Assembly (NCBI GenBank): GCA_965140415.1
Contig: OZ223209.1
Location: forward strand, 1,824,001 to 1,888,000
Reading direction: 5' to 3'
Source: Myxococcota bacterium
Lineage (GTDB): Bacteria; Myxococcota_A; SURF-8
DNA length: 64,000 bases
The position numbers and the translations under genes are program-made. Numbering within the stretch: the stretch's first letter is position 1; every line of letters begins with the position of its first letter. This document shows positions 28,496 through 38,086 of this stretch, piece by piece. Under the pieces are notes generated by a model. That model was given only the letters and a program-made list of their open reading frames with translations, did not search any database and was not told the DNA's origin.

Positions 28496-29986
28496 GTGCG
28501 AACATTCAATACTCTGGCGATTCTTTTCATTCTTCTCTGCGGATTGAGTTTATGGGCCTGCTCGGAGGACGACGCCACCATAGATGGCGACAGCGACGGC
28601 GATCTGGGCGAAAGTGAAGATGGCGACATCGACGGCGATGCGGATTCGGAAACGGATGGTGAACTTGTTGTGCGCCCGGCTTTGCCGCATGCCCATTGCG
28701 GTATGGAATCCTACGATCTCATCGATCCTGACGAACTGGGCCAGGTGATCGAATACGAGGAAGATCCCCTGTTCAACCTGGGACCGGATGCCATCGACGG
28801 CTTGCTGCAAACCGCCGGATACGATCAGTTGTCGCCGGTGCCGTATGGCACGCGCCTGTTCCGCTATCGTTACACCACCCAGGACAAAGGGCAGGTTGTG
28901 GAAGCCACCGCCGTATTGGGCATTCCCGCCAACACCGATTTGCCTGATGGCGAAATGCCCTGGGCGATCTTCCATCATGGCACGACCGGCTTCTCGCATC
29001 CCTGTGCGCCCAGCCGCAACGGTGACGGCCAGGCTATGGCCGCCGTGGTGGCCGCAAGCGGCCTAGTCGCGGTAGTGCCCGATTACATCGGCTTGCAGGG
29101 CTTCGGCACAACGGACGATTCCCGGCACGGGTATCTGGTCGGTGAGCAGGTGGCCATCGGTTCCTGGGACGCCTTGCGCGCCGCGCATAAACTGTTGACG
29201 ACCGAACTGACGGATCTGGTTGACGTCGGCTACGATACCGTGTTGTGGGGCGGTTCGCAGGGCGGGCACGCCTGCATCTTCACCGAACTGTTCGGTCCCT
29301 ATTATGCACCCGAGTATCACGTCGCCGGAGTAAGTGCCGCCGTGCCGCCGATCAACATTCTCGGCCTGACCGAGATTGCCGTAACGGAATTCACGGCTCC
29401 CGCGCAGACCTTCCCCGCCGTGTTGACCACCATGCGCAACTGGTACGGTATGCCAGCGGATATGAGCGCGGTGCTGGTTAACGAGGAGCCGTTGTATCTG
29501 GCGGATAACGCCGAAACCATTTTCTACCCGCAGGAGGAATGTGAGGCCCCCGAAGGCATGGAAGAAGCCATCACCGGCATCGACAAGATCTACACGGTGG
29601 ACTTCATGGATAAGGTCAAGCAGGGAAAATGGGACGAGTTGGAGCCTTGGTCCTGCTTCTTGAAAGAGTCCCAACCCGCCACCAGTTCCGTGCCGATGCT
29701 GCGCGATACGCCGATACTGATGAGTTTTTCCGAAGATGACGATCTGGTCGTGACCCAGCCGCAGCGGGAGGAATTCGATCGCCTGTGCGATGCGGGCTGG
29801 AAACTGGAATACCTGGAGTGCATGAACGCGGGACATTCGCAGGGCGCGTTGTGGTCCTTGCCGGAGCAGTTGCAGTGGTTGCGCGACCGCCTGAACGGCG
29901 AACCCATGGACGAAGACAGAATCTGCCAGCGTTTCGACCCAATCTGCTGCACCGCTACCGAAAAACCGGAGGAGCGCTGTCAGTAA
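28496..29986 (+). CDS. Lipoprotein alpha/beta hydrolase (secretory lipase-like) with DGD tract
   Basis: Lipobox SLWAC; HHGTTG, PDYIG, WGGSQGGH nucleophile elbow, DDLV, AGH. Confidence 0.85.
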   Translation: MRTFNTLAILFILLCGLSLWACSEDDATIDGDSDGDLGESEDGDIDGDADSETDGELVVRPALPHAHCGMESYDLIDPDELGQVIEYEEDPLFNLGPDAIDGLLQTAGYDQLSPVPYGTRLFRYRYTTQDKGQVVEATAVLGIPANTDLPDGEMPWAIFHHGTTGFSHPCAPSRNGDGQAMAAVVAASGLVAVVPDYIGLQGFGTTDDSRHGYLVGEQVAIGSWDALRAAHKLLTTELTDLVDVGYDTVLWGGSQGGHACIFTELFGPYYAPEYHVAGVSAAVPPINILGLTEIAVTEFTAPAQTFPAVLTTMRNWYGMPADMSAVLVNEEPLYLADNAETIFYPQEECEAPEGMEEAITGIDKIYTVDFMDKVKQGKWDELEPWSCFLKESQPATSSVPMLRDTPILMSFSEDDDLVVTQPQREEFDRLCDAGWKLEYLECMNAGHSQGALWSLPEQLQWLRDRLNGEPMDEDRICQRFDPICCTATEKPEERCQ

Positions 29987-30009
29987 ATTCCTGATTTCGA
30001 CTCGAAACG

Positions 30010-30047
30010 AACGGCTCATTTCACAAAGTTGGAATGAGCCGTTTTTT
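30010..30047 (+). terminator. Intrinsic terminator
   Basis: aacggctcatt...aatgagccgtt followed by a T run. Confidence 0.85.
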
Positions 30048-30296
30048 ATGGGGCCAATCCCAAAATCGGGGAGTCAAACAGACAGAAAGAAATCCACAAG
30101 GCCCACCATCAAGGAAGGGAACAGGAAGCGACCAACTCCGTTCGTTCAAATCGAGAACGTTCTCTCGAAATGGGTCTTGACCTCTTTTCACCCCAGTGAA
30201 CCGATGCTCTCTCTTTTATTTGAAAACTGTAAACGCATCTGATACGTTTGGATTGTTGACGCCATACTTTTACACGAATCTACCGGGGAATCAGAT

Positions 30297-31394
30297 ATGG
30301 CAGTACGTTTTACATTTCTGATGATTGTCCTGTCGCTGTGCTTTGCCTGCAACGATTCCGAAACCCGCTTTCTGATAGATGGCGACTCCGTTGATGGAGA
30401 TCAAATTGATGGAGATTTGGATCAGGAGCGGGAAAACGCGCCAGCCGATGAGGATACGAAGGTTTCCGATGGCGATCCGGATGCTGACGCGCCAACGGAC
30501 GGCGATGCCGACATGGAACTTGAAGCAGAAATCGGAACCGAGTTGGAACGCGTTGATTGGGATGAGGGCGAACAGTTGGAACTGATGCCGATTACATCGG
30601 ATCAGCCTCTGGGCTACGATGCCCGCGTGTGCACAGGGCGTCCCGGACGAATGACCGGCTATCAAATGACACTAAAAGCCTGTGATCCATTAGGTACCTG
30701 GAAATATGAGTATGCTGTCGGTATAGATACAGGCTTTGGAAGTTGCATGTACTGGCCGGGATCGAGCTGCTATTTTCGTCTGCCTCGAAACGAGCAGGGA
30801 GAGATTGTCAGTGGTTATCTTGGATGCCGAGAGGAAAACGATCTGTATTTCGACCGTTTGGAAATGACGATTGATTCGTATGCACTGGTGGAGTTGAGTT
30901 TGGATACCACATGCGACTGGTCTTCGACGGATGGCGATGTGGACGGCGAACAGGAAGGCGATGTGGAGTGTGTTGACAATGAGGATTGCCAGCCGGGATA
31001 TCATTGCAGCCAGATCCATGCGAATGTCTGTATAGAAGATTGCGTGCAAGCCGGTTGTGAAGCCGGTATGGCCTGTATTCCCATGGCTGCCTACAACGAG
31101 TGTTACGAGTGTACGCTGGATTGTCCCGCTGATGCGACTTGTAGATTTTCCGTACTGGGCTTGGAAACTCCCGGCTCGGAACCATGGGATTGCATTTACG
31201 CTTGCCCCTCCGACTGTCCGAACGAGCAATGCAATCCGCTAAACGGAACCTGTGTGCCTGCCTGTGAACGTTCTTGTGATGAAGGGCAGGTGTGCCGGTT
31301 TTATCGCGACGACTATTACTGCCTGCCTCCTTTCGATGCGAACCGTCCCATTGAATGGGTCGATCTGAATACCGGTAAATGCCTGACGGACTAG
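30297..31394 (+). CDS. Cys-rich hypothetical lipoprotein with DGD tract (paralog A)
   Basis: Lipobox LCFAC, acidic linker, Cys-rich C-terminal half; aligns with the next gene. Confidence 0.8.
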   Translation: MAVRFTFLMIVLSLCFACNDSETRFLIDGDSVDGDQIDGDLDQERENAPADEDTKVSDGDPDADAPTDGDADMELEAEIGTELERVDWDEGEQLELMPITSDQPLGYDARVCTGRPGRMTGYQMTLKACDPLGTWKYEYAVGIDTGFGSCMYWPGSSCYFRLPRNEQGEIVSGYLGCREENDLYFDRLEMTIDSYALVELSLDTTCDWSSTDGDVDGEQEGDVECVDNEDCQPGYHCSQIHANVCIEDCVQAGCEAGMACIPMAAYNECYECTLDCPADATCRFSVLGLETPGSEPWDCIYACPSDCPNEQCNPLNGTCVPACERSCDEGQVCRFYRDDYYCLPPFDANRPIEWVDLNTGKCLTD

Positions 31395-31539
31395 TTAAGA
31401 TAAATTGCCCCTTTCTTTCTTGGAAGCGCAACGACATCACGTTGTGGATATCCAGTTCACACAGGTCTTGAAATCGATACCATTCTTTGGTAATAGGAAT
31501 AGTATGAATCGAAGTAACCTATTATCCAAGAAGGTGGCT

Positions 31540-32631
31540 ATGCTTATCAATGTACGCGGCTGGTTCGTGATCGTGGTACTGGCGCTTCAAGTCGTCGCTT
31601 GTTCCGATCTGGAAAACGAGCAGTGGAACGCGGATTACGACTGGCAAGAGTTGGACATCGAAAACGGCGATAGGGTGGACATCGACCGGATTGAGACCGA
31701 GTCTGCCGATTCGGATCAAAAGAGTTCCCCTGCCGATGTAGATGAAACGCTGCTGGACGGCGATTTGGATCTGGATGTTGTAGACAGTGACCTGTTCGAG
31801 AATGAGGCGGAAATCGAGGAAGACCTGCCTTTGCCATCCTTACCGAGCGATGGTCCATTTGGCTTTCAAATTCTAACCTGTATCGAATACGCCGGACATG
31901 CGGTTGGTGTGGCCGAGAGCATAGTGGCCTGTGAACCGTTGGGTGTTTGGAAATATTTGTGGGCCAGTGGAAACAACAGCGCTTTTGGAAGCTGTTTGTT
32001 CTGGCCGGAAAGTGTGTGCTATTTCCGTTTGCCGCGTAACGAGGCCGGTGACATCGTAAGCGGTTATGTCGGCTGCCGTACGGAAAACGATTTATACTTC
32101 GACCGGCAGAAAATGACCATTGATAACAACCCGTTAGATGTATTGGAGAGCGATACCGAATGCAACTGGGATTCCAATGACCGCGCGCTGGGCGAAGTGG
32201 AATGCATCGATGATGAAGATTGCCCATCCTGGCATCTGTGCGATTGGGATAAGGGGATGGTTTGTGTAGAAGGCTGCCTGCTAACTGGTTGCGAAGCGGG
32301 GCAGGCCTGTGTGCCGTACCGAAACGAATGTACCAGTTGCGAACTGGATTGCCCGCCGGGTTCCGCCTGTAAAATCGGCATGTTTGCCGTCGGTGAGCCC
32401 TATCCGACGCTACGACATTGTATTTACGATTGTCCCACCGATTGTCCGCGCGAGCAATGCGATCCGCTGACCGGAACCTGTATGCCTCCCTGTGAGTTAT
32501 CCTGTGATGAAGGGCTGGTTTGCCAGTATTATCGCGACGACTATTACTGTCTGCCTCCTTTCGATTCGGACTGTCCGCTGGAATGGGTTCGATCCAATAC
32601 CGGAGAATGCATGTCAGAACCGGTCTGGTAG
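31540..32631 (+). CDS. Cys-rich hypothetical lipoprotein (paralog B)
   Basis: Lipobox VVAC; shares CYFRLPRNE.G.IVSGY.GCR.ENDLYFDR and YRDDYYCLPPFD with paralog A; start chosen at ATG 31540. Confidence 0.8.
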   Translation: MLINVRGWFVIVVLALQVVACSDLENEQWNADYDWQELDIENGDRVDIDRIETESADSDQKSSPADVDETLLDGDLDLDVVDSDLFENEAEIEEDLPLPSLPSDGPFGFQILTCIEYAGHAVGVAESIVACEPLGVWKYLWASGNNSAFGSCLFWPESVCYFRLPRNEAGDIVSGYVGCRTENDLYFDRQKMTIDNNPLDVLESDTECNWDSNDRALGEVECIDDEDCPSWHLCDWDKGMVCVEGCLLTGCEAGQACVPYRNECTSCELDCPPGSACKIGMFAVGEPYPTLRHCIYDCPTDCPREQCDPLTGTCMPPCELSCDEGLVCQYYRDDYYCLPPFDSDCPLEWVRSNTGECMSEPVW

Positions 32632-32734
32632 ACGTTTCGAAACGCTCACCCCCATTTTCCAAGTTGCGCATGACTCTTGACGGCTTGTGAAAGTCGTGCT
32701 AAGCACGGGCATCAACTTTGTTTAGGAGGACCAC

Positions 32735-33760
32735 ATGGGAGCGCAACTGCCGAAAAAATACGCCGACTCAGAGATCAGCCGCCTGTTGATCAGCCAGGGA
32801 ATGCAACGCTTGCACCAGGGAAAGGTACGCGATACGTTTGCCTTGCCGAATCACCCGGATCTGCTCTTTTTAGTCGCCACCAACCGACTGAGCATTTTCG
32901 ATTTCGTACTGCCGGGCCTGGTGCCGGATAAAGGCGCGGTGCTGACGGCGCTGACCGTGTTCTGGATGACGAACGTATTGAAAGGCATCGAACACCACCT
33001 GGTGGCCTTTGGTTCGGGCATCGACGAATTCTTGCCCGAAGCGGCGCGGGGTAACAAGGAACTTCAAGCACATGCGATGATCGTGCGCAAACTCGACATG
33101 CTGCCGATCGAATGCGTGGTGCGCGGCTATCTGACCGGTTCCGGCTGGGGTGCCTACAAGCGCGGCGGTGAAGTCTGCGGTCACAAACTGGCCGAGAATC
33201 TGCATGATGGTTCCAAGCTGCCTGCACCGATCTTCACCCCCACCACCAAGGCGGAAGAGGGTCACGACGAGCACATCTCCTTTGAAAGCGTGCGTGCGGA
33301 TTTCGGCATGGAGCCGGAGAACTGGACTCTGAATGTATACGGTCAGTTGCACGATCACGCCAGAAACCACGGCATCATTCTGGCCGATACCAAGTTCGAA
33401 TTCGGCAAGGGCGGCGTACTGGGCGACGAAGTCGGCACACCGGATTCCTCGCGTTTTTGGGACATCGGGGAATGGGAAGTGGCGGTTAAGGAGCAACGTT
33501 CGCCGGTCGGCTACGACAAACAGCCGGTGCGTGAATGGGGCAAGACCATCGAAACGCCTTTCTCCTCCGATGGCGCGGCCATCGTGGGCATTCATAAACT
33601 GGATACCGAGGATGCCGAGCACTTGCAGTTCGTTCACGAACAGATCGAAGTGCCCGCCGATGTGCTGGCCGCCACAACTAAACGTTACCGGGCGATCTTC
33701 GAACGTCTGACGGAACAGAAACTGGAAGACTTCCAGCGCGACACGATGAAAATCGTGTAA
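32735..33760 (+). CDS. purC: Phosphoribosylaminoimidazolesuccinocarboxamide (SAICAR) synthase
   Basis: GKVRD, ECVVRGYLTGSG, FTPTTKA, ADTKFEFG, DEVGTPDSSRFW, YDKQ. Confidence 0.96.
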   Translation: MGAQLPKKYADSEISRLLISQGMQRLHQGKVRDTFALPNHPDLLFLVATNRLSIFDFVLPGLVPDKGAVLTALTVFWMTNVLKGIEHHLVAFGSGIDEFLPEAARGNKELQAHAMIVRKLDMLPIECVVRGYLTGSGWGAYKRGGEVCGHKLAENLHDGSKLPAPIFTPTTKAEEGHDEHISFESVRADFGMEPENWTLNVYGQLHDHARNHGIILADTKFEFGKGGVLGDEVGTPDSSRFWDIGEWEVAVKEQRSPVGYDKQPVREWGKTIETPFSSDGAAIVGIHKLDTEDAEHLQFVHEQIEVPADVLAATTKRYRAIFERLTEQKLEDFQRDTMKIV

Positions 33761-33787
33761 GCCAGCTACTACTGTTCAGGTTGAATG

Positions 33788-33822
33788 AAAACGCCCCGTA
33801 CCGGGTTTCCGGACGGGGTTTT
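33788..33822. terminator. Bidirectional terminator between convergent purC and PNGase-like gene
   Basis: gaaaac.ccccgt.ccgg...ccggacggggttttc stem. Confidence 0.7.
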
Positions 33823-33842
33823 CTACTTGATGGGGTTGAATC

Positions 33843-35678
33843 TTACTTCGAAATGACCAGCCAGCTTTGTAGACGGATATTGGCGCCCGAACCGGTGTAG
33901 GGTGCGTCGTTATAGAAGCCCTGATAGTCGAAGTTGTTCGATGCGCCGAGAGTGACCTGATCGGTGATGTCGAAGACTTCCACCGGTACCTCCATACCAG
34001 GACACCAGCCGCTGCGCCCGTACCACCAGGTGCCGTATTGATTCGGAACCGCGCCGACTGCCACCTGTTTCATGCAGCCTTCGTCATCGCCGATATAGGG
34101 GAAGTCGCGCATGTATTCGTGGCCGTTGACGAAAAAGTGGTGGGTGGTATTGCAGAATTCGGCGCAGTTGCCTGGCTCGGACATACCGTGACCGCTGATG
34201 ACGCTGGCCAGTTCCACCTTAACGGCGTCGGCGGGTATGTCGATGGAAATCGGGTCGTACTTGTCGTTGTAGGCGGCGGAAAAATCCCCACCGGTAAAGA
34301 GTGCAACGGTTTCCATCGGGCGCGCTGCTTTGGTCTGATTGCTGAATCGCAGGGAAAGCGAAACGTTGTACAGTTGCGTGGAGTAGAATTCGAAACGCCG
34401 CTCGCCGCCTTCTCCCAACAGTGGCAATAAGGAGCTGACGTCGTGTACCCAGCGTCCTTCGCGGTGATAGGTGGTGATCCAGCGTCCGAATTCGATGTTG
34501 CAGGTTGTAGGATCGTCGGCGTCGCACAGGTACAGATACACCAGATAATCCCAGGGCGGGCAGGTACCGTATTCGCCCACGCCCACACAGTCGAGCGTCA
34601 GATCCAGGCTCAATGTATCGAAATTCGCCATGCTTGCTGCGTCCGGTAGCTGCACCACGGCGCTCCCGCGCGTACCGGCCCAGCCTGTATCGGAAATTTC
34701 CACGTTGTCGAAGATGGGAACGACAGTTGCCTGCTCGGCCTGCATGGCCTGATCGCGCGTCGCCTCGAAGTTGTAGTAGATCGCCTCGTTGGCGGCCATG
34801 GCGAGATTCGGAGCGAACCAGCTCTTGTTGGCGTCGTAGCGGCTGTGATCGGCGAAACTGCCAATATAGCGCACCCGCTGGAAGCGGTCGATGCCCGCTC
34901 CCCAGCGCGGACTAGTCATGATCTCCCCCAGCCAGCCGCCCACGTCGCGGCAGTGCTGGTTGACGTAGTGGATGTGCGACTGCCAGTGCGTTTGCTGCTC
35001 CGTCGTCATGCCTGCCAATACGGCATCGACCTTGATTTTCAAGTCTGCCAGCTTGGCGTCGATGTCTTCCTGCGTGCTGCGGTAGGTCATGAAAAAGACG
35101 TGTACGTTATTGGGTAGCAGTTCGAACAGGCGTTCGGTGTCGCGCTCCCAGATCTCGATCGGCCAGGTCAAGGTCTGCTTGGGAACGTCGGGGATAAAGA
35201 GGTAGCTTTCACAGCCGGTCCAGTGCTCGCGCAGGTTCCAGTCGCCCTCTGTGGTGGGCAGGGTGAAGTCGGCGGCATCGGCTAACAATGTTGCGTCATC
35301 CACCGCTGCTTTAAAGCGACGTGTCGGTTCGCCCAGTTGCAGGCAGAAGGGATGCTCCTGAAACGGCAGATCCGTGTCGCCATCCGTACTATCGCCGTCC
35401 GGTAGGTCGCCGTCGGGCAGGTCGCCATCGAGTTGGTCGCCATCAGATGTATCTCCGTCGGAGGTGTCGCTTTCCGTAGCGTCTCCATCTGCGGTATCGG
35501 CATCCGTCGAGTCGCCGTCGGGTGTTTCGATTTCCGAAGAGTCGCCATCGGTTACTCGGTCGGTATCGCCATCGATAACATCTCCGTCCAGGGAGTCGGA
35601 GGCGTCGTCGCATGAAGCAACAAAAAGCAGCAGGGAGCACAATAACAGGACAGGCAACATCCAGTGGTTATGGGACAT
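33843..35678 (-). CDS. Peptide-N-glycosidase F-related lipoprotein with long DGD tract
   Basis: Lipobox FVASC; CPPWDY, EFGRWITTY, ISGHG, CAEFC, GTWWYGRSGWCPG. Confidence 0.82.
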   Translation of the reverse strand: MSHNHWMLPVLLLCSLLLFVASCDDASDSLDGDVIDGDTDRVTDGDSSEIETPDGDSTDADTADGDATESDTSDGDTSDGDQLDGDLPDGDLPDGDSTDGDTDLPFQEHPFCLQLGEPTRRFKAAVDDATLLADAADFTLPTTEGDWNLREHWTGCESYLFIPDVPKQTLTWPIEIWERDTERLFELLPNNVHVFFMTYRSTQEDIDAKLADLKIKVDAVLAGMTTEQQTHWQSHIHYVNQHCRDVGGWLGEIMTSPRWGAGIDRFQRVRYIGSFADHSRYDANKSWFAPNLAMAANEAIYYNFEATRDQAMQAEQATVVPIFDNVEISDTGWAGTRGSAVVQLPDAASMANFDTLSLDLTLDCVGVGEYGTCPPWDYLVYLYLCDADDPTTCNIEFGRWITTYHREGRWVHDVSSLLPLLGEGGERRFEFYSTQLYNVSLSLRFSNQTKAARPMETVALFTGGDFSAAYNDKYDPISIDIPADAVKVELASVISGHGMSEPGNCAEFCNTTHHFFVNGHEYMRDFPYIGDDEGCMKQVAVGAVPNQYGTWWYGRSGWCPGMEVPVEVFDITDQVTLGASNNFDYQGFYNDAPYTGSGANIRLQSWLVISK

Positions 35679-35808
35679 TAGTGCGGACCTTTCCAAGGCG
35701 TTATGGTTTCGAGTTGTCTTTGAGCCGGGCGTTGTGGCGGAAAACGTGATTTCCCCGGCTCGCCGCTACAGTGTGCTATGCGGTCCGGGTAAAGTCAAGG
35801 GAAGCCGC

Positions 35809-35837
35809 TTGACAAGCGCCGCCGCTCTTTTTACGAT
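35809..35837 (+). promoter_or_regulatory. Sigma70-like promoter of maf
   Basis: ttgaca-N17-tacgat. Confidence 0.6.
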
Positions 35838-35885
35838 CACACTCGAATGAAAACGGCTTTTTATCTTACGATCAAGCGAGGTCAC

Positions 35886-36479
35886 ATGACATCCACGAAA
35901 CGGCGATTGGTTCTGGCTTCCACGTCGCGCTATCGGCGCAGGCTATTGGAGCGTTTGCCGCTGCCCTTTGAAGTCTGCGCGCCCGAGTACAACGAGCCTC
36001 CGTTGAAACTGGAGCACGAGCAACTGGTGCTGGCTCATGCCGTCAACAAGGCGGGAAGTCTGGCGCGGCGTTTTCCCGATGCCTTGATCATCGGGTCGGA
36101 CCAACTGGTCAGCTTTGAAAACGAGGTGCTGGGCAAGCCGGGATCGGAGCTGGCAGCTATCGAACAGTTGCAGCGCCTCTCCGGCAAAACGCATCGCCTG
36201 TTGACTGCCGTGGCGGTTCTGGATGCCTCCAGCGGTCGCGCCGAAACGGCGGTGGATGTCCACGAAATGACCATGCGCACGCTCGACGAAGCCGCCCTGC
36301 GCGCTTATGTGGCGTTGGACAATCCTATCGACTGTGCCGGAGCCTACAAACTGGAAAAGGCGGGAATCGCGCTGTTCGAGCGCATTCAAGGGCAGGACGA
36401 TACTGCCGTCACCGGCCTGCCGCTTTTATTGCTGGTCAACCTGCTTGCCCGCCTGGGCGTGGAGCCGCTGGGAGTTTAA
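35886..36479 (+). CDS. maf: Maf-family nucleoside triphosphate pyrophosphatase (YceF-like)
   Basis: LVLASTSRYRR, IIGSDQ, LGKP, LSGKTH, DCAGAY, GLPL. Confidence 0.93.
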   Translation: MTSTKRRLVLASTSRYRRRLLERLPLPFEVCAPEYNEPPLKLEHEQLVLAHAVNKAGSLARRFPDALIIGSDQLVSFENEVLGKPGSELAAIEQLQRLSGKTHRLLTAVAVLDASSGRAETAVDVHEMTMRTLDEAALRAYVALDNPIDCAGAYKLEKAGIALFERIQGQDDTAVTGLPLLLLVNLLARLGVEPLGV

Positions 36480-37894
36480 AAATACTCCTGCAAGCCGCGG
36501 CGCGTGGCTTCGTATGCAAGAATCTCTTCGGGCAGAGGATTCGCCGGTTCCGATTCATTGCTTGAGGTGGATTGCAGTGCCTTTTCCAACTGAAGGCGGC
36601 CCGATTCGGAAAGCAGTGTGTCGGAAAGATGCGGTTGCTTTTCCACAAACAGGTGGAATTTCGGCGTCAGTTTGATTTCCTTGAAAAGACGGCGGTAGCT
36701 GTTCTGGGCCGAAAGCAGCGCTTCGGAATAGGCGGCTTTTATTTCAAGTCCGGTAAAGTCCACTTGCGACCAGAGCCGCTCATGGAAAAAGAGACGATCC
36801 TTTTTGGCGCTAAGAGACCAGGTGGAGCGGTCTGCACCGGCGCTTTCGAAGCGCTCGGCCTGGCGGGCTAAAGCCTCTTCGGAGCCGGAGAGCGTCAGGC
36901 AGCGAATGAAACCGCTGGGAGTGACGCTTTCGTAGGGTTGCGAAATGTGCGGCGCGCTACGGCGTCTGGCGGCAGCGCGCTGATAAAAGTGCTTATATAC
37001 AAACGAGCAGTAGTTGATAGGCAGTTCGATCTTTTCCGCACGAGCGTGGTCCATTAGCGCTAAAGCGGTCGATTCGGATTCGAGCACGGTCACTTTCTCA
37101 CCGTGCAGGAAAGTATAAGGGTGCATCAGCAGCTTGGCGCTGTTAAACGGCGTAAGCCGCAGTTGATGCAGGTTCAGGTGATTCACTCCGGCATCGTGCA
37201 ATTGCGGGAGCAGAGCTTTCAGTTTCTCACGATCTTCGGGAATGGCCGGAATTTCCACCGTGATGCAGTCGATGGTCCCGGCGGCCAAAGCGATTCGGTT
37301 CACATCGTAGTTCACCGCGCTCAGATCGAAGCGCAATTCGTTCAAGCCAGCGGCTTTAAGTGCCTGTGCGCGTTCGGCGGTCAGCAGGGTGCTATTGGTG
37401 TAGAGCCAGATATGCAGCGCGTCGCCTGCGCTCTTCCGAACGGCTTCGATGTAGCGAAGCGACTGCTCGAAGGTCAGCAGCGGTTCTCCGCCGCTGATGC
37501 TGACGCCGCGAAATCCGAAATGGCGGATGTAGGCCACATAGTCCTTCGGTCGCCGAAACGGAATCCGGTTGGTCGTTGGAACGCTGATCGAATCCTGGGT
37601 GGTGGGACAGTAAAAGCAGCGGCAATTGCATTTTCCATTGATGAACAGACAGGACCAGCCACCCTCGGTGCAGATTTTACAACCCGGCGAGAGTGGGCCG
37701 AGATGAGGTTTGGTTCGGTTGCAGGATTGTGTGACGGCGGTGTCCATGGCCGCAAGCAATGCGCTTCGTTCCTGCTCCGCCGTTTCTGCCTTTTCGGGCG
37801 TGACCCAGTTCATATCTGGCGACAACACACCGTATTCCGCTTCATTCGCCACGACGAGTTGCTGTCGAGAGGGAAGGTTTGCTTTTACGAACAT
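36476..37894 (-). CDS. Radical SAM protein of unknown function
   Basis: SPGCKIC...CNCRCFYC, ISGGEP, LYTN, ELRFD, VEIPAIP; start uncertain. Confidence 0.88.
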   Translation of the reverse strand: MFVKANLPSRQQLVVANEAEYGVLSPDMNWVTPEKAETAEQERSALLAAMDTAVTQSCNRTKPHLGPLSPGCKICTEGGWSCLFINGKCNCRCFYCPTTQDSISVPTTNRIPFRRPKDYVAYIRHFGFRGVSISGGEPLLTFEQSLRYIEAVRKSAGDALHIWLYTNSTLLTAERAQALKAAGLNELRFDLSAVNYDVNRIALAAGTIDCITVEIPAIPEDREKLKALLPQLHDAGVNHLNLHQLRLTPFNSAKLLMHPYTFLHGEKVTVLESESTALALMDHARAEKIELPINYCSFVYKHFYQRAAARRRSAPHISQPYESVTPSGFIRCLTLSGSEEALARQAERFESAGADRSTWSLSAKKDRLFFHERLWSQVDFTGLEIKAAYSEALLSAQNSYRRLFKEIKLTPKFHLFVEKQPHLSDTLLSESGRLQLEKALQSTSSNESEPANPLPEEILAYEATRRGLQEYF

Positions 37895-38086
37895 GATCGT
37901 TTTTACCCTGTCTGAAAAATAGGCGAGTGACCGCCTGGGCGTGAGCAGCTTTGCCAATTCAAAGCTCGAAACTATTGTAACACAGGGTGTCAATCATGAA
38001 ACGCACGCGCAACAATTTGCGAACGTCTAGTTGGGTTGTATTTTCTTTAACATTATGAAATAATAAGACTATTCTGGTTGTTGTGT

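Noticed and set aside
30297-32631. Similar 3' ends of the paralogs as a DGR template/variable repeat pair
   Set aside because: Differences are not adenine-specific, both copies are full genes, and there is no reverse transcriptase in the window.
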